Made by a program: the position numbers and the translations under genes
Notes under the pieces: model-generated
Told to the model about the DNA's origin: nothing
What the model saw: the letters and a program-made list of their open reading frames with translations, nothing else
The model's database searches: none
Part shown: positions 42,960-50,786 of the stretch, piece by piece
How positions within the stretch are numbered: position 1 is the stretch's first letter
Layout: the number at the start of each line of letters is the position of its first letter
Origin: Nitrospira sp.
GTDB lineage: Bacteria; Nitrospirota; Nitrospiria; Nitrospirales; Nitrospiraceae
Assembly: GCA_047150005.1 (NCBI GenBank)
Contig: AP038806.1
Coordinates: 2,048,001 to 2,112,000, forward strand
Length of the DNA: 64,000 nt
Reading direction: 5' to 3'

Positions 42960-45467
42960 ATGGGCCAATCCATCATCATCAAGGGCGCGCGCGAGCACAA
43001 TCTCAAGAACATCGACGTGGAGATTCCGCGCGACCAACTGGTCGTCATCACGGGTCTGAGCGGGTCCGGCAAGTCGTCGCTCGCCTTCGACACGATCTAT
43101 GCCGAGGGCCAACGGCGGTATGTCGAATCGCTGTCCGCCTATGCGCGCCAATTCCTCGATCAGATGGGCAAGCCCGACGTCGATTCGATCGAAGGCCTGT
43201 CGCCGGCCATCTCGATCGAACAGAAGAGCACGAGCCACAATCCCCGTTCCACGGTCGGTACCGTTACGGAGATCTACGATTACCTCCGGTTGCTCTTCGC
43301 GCGCGTCGGCCGGCCGCATTGCTTTCAATGCGGCCAGGAGATCACGGCTCAGACCGTTCAGCAGATGGTCGATGCGATCCTCGCCTTGCCGGAAGGAATG
43401 AAGTTCCAGATTCTCGCACCTATTGTCCGGGGACGAAAAGGCGAATACCGGAAAGAGCTGCTGGAGATGCGCCGCGCCGGTTATGTCCGAGCCCGCATCG
43501 ACGGCAAGCTTGTTGATCTCGCCGACGACATCGCGCTGGACAAGCAGAAAAAACATACGATCGAGATCATCGTCGATCGGTTGGTCATGAAACCGGGCGA
43601 TGCCCTCATGCGCCGGCTGGCAGATTCCGTCGAAACGTCTCTGAAGCTCGGCGGAGGGCTCGTCGGCGTGCTGGCCGAAGATGACAAGACGTTTCTCTAC
43701 AGCGAAAAGCTCGCCTGCATCCGGTGCGGCGTCAGTTATCCGGAGGTCACGCCGCGCATCTTCTCGTTCAACAGCCCGCATGGAGCGTGCCCCGCGTGCG
43801 ATGGCATCGGCTATGCCATGACGCCGGGTTGCCCCGAGGACGAGGACCTGACGCTGCTGGAACGCTGTGACGTCTGCAAAGGGGCGCGGCTTCGGCCGGA
43901 AAGCCTGTCGGTGAAGGTCGCGGGACAATCGATTGCCGCCGTGACCGAGCTGTCCGTGCGGGCCGCGGCCGACTTCTTTGCCTCGTTGAAGTTTACCGAG
44001 CGCGAGTTGGTGATTGCACACCGCATCCTGAAGGAAATCCGCGAGCGGCTCGGCTTTCTGGTCAACGTGGGGCTCGACTACCTGACGCTGGATCGGACGG
44101 CTGCCACGTTATCGGGAGGAGAAGGACAACGGATTCGATTGGCCACTCAGATCGGATCCGGCCTGGTGGGCGTGTTGTACATTCTGGACGAACCGTCGAT
44201 CGGGCTGCACCAGCGAGACAACCGCCGGTTGCTGCAGACGCTGCTGCGGCTGCGCGACCTTGGGAACACCGTCGTCGTGGTGGAGCACGATGCGGAAACG
44301 ATGCTGGCGGCCGATCACATTCTCGACATGGGACCGGGCGCCGGCTCGCACGGCGGGCATGTCATCGCCCAGGGAAGCCCGAAGCAGGTCATGGACGATC
44401 CCCGTTCCTTGACCGGCCAGTATCTGCGGGGGGCTCAAACCGTGGCGGTACCAAGCCGGCAGCGGAATCCCAGAGGCTTCCTCTCGGTCGTCGACGCGCG
44501 GAAACACAACCTCAAGGGCGTGACGGCCAAGATTCCCCTCGGGCTGTTGACCTGCGTGACGGGCGTGTCGGGCTCGGGCAAGAGTACCTTGGTGCTGGAA
44601 GTCCTGTTTCACTCACTTTCTCAATTGCTATACCACAAGAAGCCGAAGATCGACGGGTGCAAAGAATTACGCGGCGTCTCCGCGCTCGACAAGGTGATCG
44701 ACATCGATCAGTCGCCGATCGGGCGCACGCCCCGTTCGAATCCCGCGACCTATACGGGATTGTTTGGGTACATCCGTGATCTGTTTTCGAACCTGCCGGA
44801 ATCCCGGATGCGCGGGTATAAGCCGGGCCGCTACAGCTTCAACGTCAAGGGCGGCCGCTGCGAAGCCTGTCAAGGTGACGGGCTCATCAAGATCGAGATG
44901 CATTTTCTGCCGGACGTCTACGTCACCTGCGAAGTCTGCAAGGGGCAGCGCTACAATCGAGAGACACTTGAGATCTTGCATAAGGGCAAGAGTATCGCCG
45001 ACATCCTGAACATGACGGTCGACGACGCGCTGGAGTTTTTCGAACACATCCCACTCATCAAAGCCAAACTGCAGACGCTGCATGATGTCGGGTTGCATTA
45101 CGTGAGACTCGGGCAGTCGGCCACGACGCTGTCCGGGGGCGAGGCGCAGCGTGTGAAGCTGTCCCGCGAGTTGTCGAAGCGAGCGACCGGCCGCACGATG
45201 TATATCCTGGACGAGCCGACCACGGGGCTGCACTTCGCCGACGTCCAGCGATTGCTCGACGTGCTTGACCGGCTGGTCGAAGCGGGGAACACGGTGCTGG
45301 TCATCGAGCACAATCTTGACGTCATCAGGAATGCCGATTGGATCATCGACTTGGGGCCGGAAGGAGGAGATCGCGGCGGCGAGATTGTGGCGGAGGGGGC
45401 GCCGAAGGAGATCGCGAAGGTGAAGCGGTCGTACACCGGGCAGGTGCTGAGGGAAGCAGGAGTTTAA
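42960..45467 (+). CDS. uvrA: Excinuclease ABC subunit UvrA
   Basis: [37 protein letters not shown], second [19 protein letters not shown], zinc fingers; extended -10 TGgTATAAT at 42941-42949. Confidence 0.97.
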   Translation: MGQSIIIKGAREHNLKNIDVEIPRDQLVVITGLSGSGKSSLAFDTIYAEGQRRYVESLSAYARQFLDQMGKPDVDSIEGLSPAISIEQKSTSHNPRSTVGTVTEIYDYLRLLFARVGRPHCFQCGQEITAQTVQQMVDAILALPEGMKFQILAPIVRGRKGEYRKELLEMRRAGYVRARIDGKLVDLADDIALDKQKKHTIEIIVDRLVMKPGDALMRRLADSVETSLKLGGGLVGVLAEDDKTFLYSEKLACIRCGVSYPEVTPRIFSFNSPHGACPACDGIGYAMTPGCPEDEDLTLLERCDVCKGARLRPESLSVKVAGQSIAAVTELSVRAAADFFASLKFTERELVIAHRILKEIRERLGFLVNVGLDYLTLDRTAATLSGGEGQRIRLATQIGSGLVGVLYILDEPSIGLHQRDNRRLLQTLLRLRDLGNTVVVVEHDAETMLAADHILDMGPGAGSHGGHVIAQGSPKQVMDDPRSLTGQYLRGAQTVAVPSRQRNPRGFLSVVDARKHNLKGVTAKIPLGLLTCVTGVSGSGKSTLVLEVLFHSLSQLLYHKKPKIDGCKELRGVSALDKVIDIDQSPIGRTPRSNPATYTGLFGYIRDLFSNLPESRMRGYKPGRYSFNVKGGRCEACQGDGLIKIEMHFLPDVYVTCEVCKGQRYNRETLEILHKGKSIADILNMTVDDALEFFEHIPLIKAKLQTLHDVGLHYVRLGQSATTLSGGEAQRVKLSRELSKRATGRTMYILDEPTTGLHFADVQRLLDVLDRLVEAGNTVLVIEHNLDVIRNADWIIDLGPEGGDRGGEIVAEGAPKEIAKVKRSYTGQVLREAGV

Positions 45468-45694
45468 GTCCTCGCACCCCGCCCGGTGTAGGGACCCTGC
45501 TGCGGGCGGTCGGGCTCCCAGGTCAGCGCCACCCGCAAAGATGTATCTTCCACTCCTCCCCGCTGAGAGAAGGAAGTAGGTAAGTGGTAGCTGATGGCGC
45601 TGATGGCCATCGGCCGCGGCATATTGCGGATATGAACCTGAGATGAAGTGTCCCCCGTGAGGAAACCAGTCATTCCGATTCGGATCAGCCGTCG

Positions 45695-47368
45695 ATGACC
45701 CAATCCGAAGCGCTCGCGATTTTGAAAACCGGCTCCAACGTGTTCATGACCGGCGAGCCCGGCTCCGGCAAGACTCACACGATCAACCAGTATGTCGCGT
45801 ATTTGCGCGCGAGCGGGATCGAGCCGGCCATCACCGCGTCAACCGGCATTGCCGCGACCCATATCGGCGGGATAACGATCCATTCCTGGAGCGGCATCGG
45901 TGTTAAGACCACATTGAGCCGGTCCGATGTTCAGGCCATCGTGGGTAACAAAGCGATCGCCAAGCGCATCCGGCGCGCCAAGGTGCTGATCATCGACGAA
46001 GTCTCCATGCTGGCCGCCGAGACCCTTTCGATGGTCGATGCCCTGTGTCGCGAGATCAAAGAGCCATCGGAGCCGTTCGGCGGCCTTCAAGTCGTGCTGG
46101 TCGGCGACTTTTTCCAATTGCCGCCGGTCGTCAGAACGGCAGCGGGACAGGACGCACCGGTGCTGTTCACGGAAGAGGCATCGGCCCGGTTCGCTTATGA
46201 CTCTCCCGCGTGGAAAGGGGCCGACCTGACGGTGTGCTATCTCACCGACCAATACCGGCAGGACGACGACGAGTTTCTGGCCGTCCTGTCGGCGATCCGG
46301 CGCAATGCGTTCTGCGCCGACCATTTAAGCTGGCTCACCGGCAGAACCGTTCGGCCTCACGAGGTCCCGAAGGCCGCGCCGAAACTCTTTTCGCACAATG
46401 CCGATGTGGACCGGGTCAATGACGGCATCCTCGCTCAGCTTCCCGGCGAGCCGCGCGTCTATCCCATGTCGTCGCAAGGCCCTGAGGCACTGGTCGCTGC
46501 GCTGAAAAAGGGATGCCTATCGCCCGAGAGACTGTGTCTGAAATCCGGCGCGGCGGTGATGTTCACGAAGAACAACCCTCAAGAGGGATTCGTGAACGGG
46601 ACGCTCGGCGTGGTGGAGGAATTCGATCGCCAGTACGGCCATCCTATCGTCAGCACGCGAGGCGGAAGAAGAATTGCCGTCGAACCGATGGACTGGACGG
46701 TGGAGGAGCACGGAACCGTTCGCGCGCGTCTGACGCAGCTGCCGCTGAGGCTGGCCTGGGCGATCACCGTGCATAAGAGCCAGGGCATGAGCTTGGACGA
46801 GGCGGTGATGGACCTGCGCGAGGTGTTTGAGTTCGGCCAGGGCTACGTCGCGCTCTCGCGCATCCGGCGACTATCGGGCCTGTACCTGCTCGGCTGGAAC
46901 GAGCGCGCGTTTCTGGTGCATCCGGACGTGTCGGCCAAAGATGCAGAGTTCCGGGGGCAGTCGGAGCAGGCCGCGCGTACATGCAACGGCATGACTGGAG
47001 AGGAGATGACGGCCAGGCGCGAGCGATTCGTTCGCCGATGCGGTGGGACGATACAATCAGAACAGCGAGCGAGCGCATCGAACGCCCTTCGCGCGGGTAG
47101 CGAACCGAAGCGGAAGACTCCACCCTCATCGGGTTTCGACGCCATCAGAGCGCGCCATCCCCAGGCCTACCTGCCGTGGGATCAGACGCAAGATGAGCAA
47201 TTGCGGGAACTCTTTGCGAAGGGCGCACCCGTGGCAGACCTCGCAAAATCGTTCAACAGAACGAAAGGCGCCATTAGGTCGCGCCTGGTCAAATTGGGGT
47301 TGATGAAAGATCCATCCTGCGCCAAGCCCACGGAGGATGGTCGCCATGGCGCAGATGCGCTCATATGA
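45695..47368 (+). CDS. PIF1-family SF1B DNA helicase with a C-terminal HTH
   Basis: GEPGSGKT, IIDEVSM, GDFFQLPPV, QYRQ, LAWAITVHKSQGMSL, GQGYVALSR; tail WDQTQDEQL..RTKGAIRSRL. Confidence 0.9.
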   Translation: MTQSEALAILKTGSNVFMTGEPGSGKTHTINQYVAYLRASGIEPAITASTGIAATHIGGITIHSWSGIGVKTTLSRSDVQAIVGNKAIAKRIRRAKVLIIDEVSMLAAETLSMVDALCREIKEPSEPFGGLQVVLVGDFFQLPPVVRTAAGQDAPVLFTEEASARFAYDSPAWKGADLTVCYLTDQYRQDDDEFLAVLSAIRRNAFCADHLSWLTGRTVRPHEVPKAAPKLFSHNADVDRVNDGILAQLPGEPRVYPMSSQGPEALVAALKKGCLSPERLCLKSGAAVMFTKNNPQEGFVNGTLGVVEEFDRQYGHPIVSTRGGRRIAVEPMDWTVEEHGTVRARLTQLPLRLAWAITVHKSQGMSLDEAVMDLREVFEFGQGYVALSRIRRLSGLYLLGWNERAFLVHPDVSAKDAEFRGQSEQAARTCNGMTGEEMTARRERFVRRCGGTIQSEQRASASNALRAGSEPKRKTPPSSGFDAIRARHPQAYLPWDQTQDEQLRELFAKGAPVADLAKSFNRTKGAIRSRLVKLGLMKDPSCAKPTEDGRHGADALI

Positions 47369-47402
47369 AATCTGCCCCCTTTGGCGGCATATATCATGAT
47401 AA

Positions 47403-47431
47403 TTGACATAGATGGTGTCTAATATCATACT
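47403..47431 (+). promoter_or_regulatory. Putative sigma70 promoter (TTGACA-N17-CATACT), 7 nt before ATG 47439
   Basis: Read directly; a TATCATGATA palindrome lies just upstream of the -35 box. Confidence 0.6.
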
Positions 47432-47438
47432 CGGACGG

Positions 47439-48575
47439 ATGGACATCCCTCGCATTCTCGACCTGCCGAAGCTTCTGACGACCAAGTCCTACTTTCTATT
47501 CGGCCCTCGGCAGACGGGGAAAACGTTCATGATCCGCCGGCAGTTTCCCGCTGCGACATACTACAACCTGCATGAGACCGATACCTTTTTGAAGTTCAAC
47601 CAGGCGCCTCACCGGCTGCGCCAGGAACTGACCGGCAAGGACAAGCTGGTCATTATGGACGAAATCCAGAAGCTGCCGCTGCTCCTGGACGAGATCCAGG
47701 TGATGATCGATGAACGACAGGTGCGCTTTCTGCTCACTGGGTCGAGCGCCAGGGCGCTCAAGCGCAAGGGGCTCAATTTGCTCGGAGGCCGCGCGAGAAC
47801 GAAGCGGCTTCACCCCCTCTGCTGTCGGGAATTGGGACCGCAGTTTGAGCTGGTCAAAGCCCTCGACCGAGGATTACTGCCGTCGCTGTATTTTTCCGAT
47901 TCGCCCGGTGAGGATCTCCAAGCCTATGTGGGGACCTATCTCAAGGAAGAGGTCGCGGCCGAGGCGATCGTCCGCAATCTGCCTGCGTTCAGCCGATTCT
48001 TGACCGTCGCGGCACTGTGCAATGGGCAGATGCTCAACTATTCCAAGATCGCGAGCGACGCGCAAGTCCCCAAATCCACCGTGCAGGAATATTTCCACAT
48101 TCTGCGCGACACCCTCCTGGGGGACGATTTGCCGGCGTGGCGACGGACGGAGAAGCGCAAGCCTCTGACTACCGCCAAGTTTTATTTCTTCGACATCGGC
48201 ATCGTGCGGCACCTGCAGCGGCGGCGGCACCTCCAAGAAGGCTCGCCGGAGTTCGGCGAAGCCTTCGAGGCCTACCTCTACCACGAGCTGAAAACCTATT
48301 GTGATTATGAGGGAGTGCCGGAGGTGGCCTATTGGCGCTCGACATCGGACTTTGAAGTGGATTTTATCTTGAACGATCGCACCGCCATCGAAGTGAAAGC
48401 GAAGACGAATGTGTCGGACCGGGATTTGCGCGGACTCCGCGCGCTCAAAGAAGAACGGTTGTTGAAGCACTATGTCGTGGTGAGCCAGGAAGCCACCCCA
48501 CGCCGTCTAGACGGGATCGAGATTCTTCCTTGGCGGGAGTTCCTCGATCGTTTGTGGGAAGGGGGCTACTCGTAA
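47439..48575 (+). CDS. AAA_14 ATPase with a DUF4143 nuclease-like C-terminus
   Basis: GPRQTGKT, IMDEIQK, LTGSS, KFYFFDIG, EVDF..IEVK. Confidence 0.9.
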   Translation: MDIPRILDLPKLLTTKSYFLFGPRQTGKTFMIRRQFPAATYYNLHETDTFLKFNQAPHRLRQELTGKDKLVIMDEIQKLPLLLDEIQVMIDERQVRFLLTGSSARALKRKGLNLLGGRARTKRLHPLCCRELGPQFELVKALDRGLLPSLYFSDSPGEDLQAYVGTYLKEEVAAEAIVRNLPAFSRFLTVAALCNGQMLNYSKIASDAQVPKSTVQEYFHILRDTLLGDDLPAWRRTEKRKPLTTAKFYFFDIGIVRHLQRRRHLQEGSPEFGEAFEAYLYHELKTYCDYEGVPEVAYWRSTSDFEVDFILNDRTAIEVKAKTNVSDRDLRGLRALKEERLLKHYVVVSQEATPRRLDGIEILPWREFLDRLWEGGYS

Positions 48576-48678
48576 AGGAAGGAGAGAGGGCTGGCAGCTC
48601 CGTATTAAAGTAATGTCGCAGGAAGAGTAACGCATATCCTAAAGTGTAGATTGCGACCCCATGGGTGAATAGCTCTGA

Positions 48679-48828
48679 TGCATCGGAAGGCCGCGGTTTT
48701 TGACTTTCGGCATATCGAGGACAAAGCGATTGATTGTTGTGGCGCATGCGGAACGGGACGAGAAGACGAGAATCATCAACGCGCGTCCCATGACCAAGCG
48801 CGAGAAGGTGGTTTATGAAGAAGGTTAA
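48679..48828 (+). pseudogene. 3' remnant of a BrnT-family toxin
   Basis: Frame reads RFLTFGISRTKRLIVVAHAERDEKTRIINARPMTKREKVVYEEG*; in-frame TGA at 48676 and no N-terminal half; overlaps the antitoxin start. Confidence 0.75.
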
Positions 48829-49057
48829 GAAAGATGAATTGCGTTCGGAATATCGGCGAGAAGACCTCGGCCAGGGCGTACGCGGCAAGTATCGAAAAGC
48901 ATACCGGTCTGGTAACAATCTTGTGCTTCTGAGGCCGGAGGTTGCTGCGGTCTTTCCAACCGAACGAGCCGTCAACGATGCGCTCAGTTCGCTGATTCGA
49001 GTGGCCCGGCAAAGCGCAAGGTCTGCTCGGCGCTCGTCACCATCCGGCAGACGATGA
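48815..49057 (+). CDS. BrnA-like antitoxin
   Basis: DELRSEY...GVRGKY...LVLLRPEVAAVFPTERAVNDALSSLI. Confidence 0.8.
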   Translation: MKKVKKDELRSEYRREDLGQGVRGKYRKAYRSGNNLVLLRPEVAAVFPTERAVNDALSSLIRVARQSARSARRSSPSGRR

Positions 49058-50007
49058 ACCACTCATAGGGTATCTGCCGGTCACAGGTACTGCCCGCTTG
49101 GGTCCTCTTCATCGCAAGAGAGTTTGAAGATAGAATCGGGATCCTCAGACAGCCGTTTTTAGGGACAAGTTGTCCCGAGCGACATAAGTATTCAAATCCA
49201 AAAAGAAAAGAGCACGGTTCTCTCTCGCATTCTCCGACAAGATGTCAGTTTCATCCGCGTCGTAGCTGCCTGCCTCGACATCGTTCGATCCTCACAATTC
49301 CTTGTGAATTGAATAGTTGGCCCTGGGATTTCCTTCTGGCCCATCTCTTGCTTTGTACCCGAGGTGGTGGAAGAGCGTCGGCGGATGAATCTGCTGATCG
49401 CTTGGCCAAGAGGAGGGATGTCGAATGAAGCGATTACTCAGCTGGACGGTCGCCGGTGTGGACAGGCTTGGCCAGGATGTGGTCTCTGGGCATGGGGAAT
49501 ACTTCTTGTCCCTGGAGCAGGCGCTCAAGAACAGAGCGGATCGGACGTCGGACCACGCAGCGCAGCCGGGGCAGCGACGGAGCCGGTCTGGGACCGCCTC
49601 GAAATAATCGTATCGACTATACAGGGGGCTCGATGCGCCTATGTGGATATTGAAACAGACAACTCGCTCGCTGATCGATAGATTTGGGTTCGGTCGTTCC
49701 GGGAGGCGGCAACACGCGGATCAAGACTCGCGCTTAGACCGAAAGGTCGAGCGAGATGAAGTACCCGAGTCGGGGCCTGAATTGGGCCCGGAGTATGGCG
49801 ACAACTTTATCTCACGCATGATCCAGCTTTCGCAGATGCCGCGGACCCGCTCTCCGAGAGACCGAGCCACATTCTCGGTGCGACCCGTGTCCGCGAGACC
49901 GGCCTATGGGCTGTAATCGGATGCGGTCGTCTCCTCGCCGTGCTCGCCTTGCGATCCGCTCAAGCTGCGCATGACAGGAGACTGGTAGTGGGAGGAGAGG
50001 TGTGCCT

Positions 50008-50100
50008 ATGGGAACGTTGGGAAAGGGATTCACCTTGTAGCTCCTGGGCATTCCGGCCGGAGTTATCGTGCTGCTCTGGCTGTTGGCAATCCTGCATTGA
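50008..50100 (+). pseudogene. Small hydrophobic peptide gene interrupted by TAG
   Basis: GGAGG/GAGG RBS; MGTLGKGFTL*LLGIPAGVIVLLWLLAILH*; TAG at 50038 is plausibly a mutated TGG. Confidence 0.55.
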
Positions 50101-50189
50101 TCCGGATGGTCGAAGCCCGCATCAACCGTATCGACAGTCAGTGCGAAAAGAAATCAAAGAATGAAGGAAATCAAATGAAGAGGTCTCGG

Positions 50190-50581
50190 ATGTAATACAG
50201 GAAGCTGGTCACGGCAAGCATAGCCATCACGTTGGCAATGCTGGGGTTCCGTCGGTCCATGCTGCGGATGTCGAACTACAGGTGGTGGACAGGAATGGTT
50301 ACATTGAGAGGTTCGAGGATGACCATTACGATGCCGATGACCCCCACACCAGGATTCAGGGGCCGAAGGAGACTGCGACGCTAAAGAATCTTCAGGGGAC
50401 AGACTGGGCCAACGATATCGAAAGCGTCGTCGTCGGTTCCAACGCGACGGTGTACGCTTATGAAGACAAGGATTTCAAAGCCACGGAAATTGTGTTCGCG
50501 CCCGGCCAGGAGGTGCCGAACCTCGGCAAGCTGGATATGCCCAATGATATCGAGTCCATAAAGATCGTCTGCGGCAAATAG
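50190..50581 (+). pseudogene. Degraded secreted beta/gamma-crystallin-like protein
   Basis: Mature part has the duplicated WANDIESVVVG / PNDIESIKI motif and YEDKDFKA; the signal peptide (ATG-TAA-YRKLVTASIAITLAMLGF) is in another frame. Confidence 0.6.
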
Positions 50582-50786
50582 ACTCCTACGTCCGCCCATC
50601 CCCCGAAATCCGTCGCCGCGGCTCCGAGCCGCGGCGACGGATTTCACCGACTCCCTTCCACAGGCAACCGCCACGACTGTGATTGCAGAAGATGTGCTGG
50701 CCTCGGCCCTTAACCGGATGCTTGCAGGCCGGAGGTGCCGGCCATACAATGCGTCGATCGTTCGGCCCGACCGCTCGGAGGATTCG

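Noticed and set aside
42603..44021. 472-aa minus-strand ORF overlapping uvrA
   Set aside because: Only the last 89 codons (from ATG 42872, with RBS and promoter) look real; the rest is antisense to uvrA.
50038..50040. Amber readthrough (pyrrolysine or recoding) in the small peptide gene
   Set aside because: Neighbouring genes are also broken by stops and frameshifts, TAG is used as a normal stop throughout the window, and no pyl genes are seen; decay is the simpler explanation.
32445..50581. Prophage or integrative element
   Set aside because: No integrase, phage structural or conjugation genes and no att-like repeats were found, and core uvrA lies in the middle.
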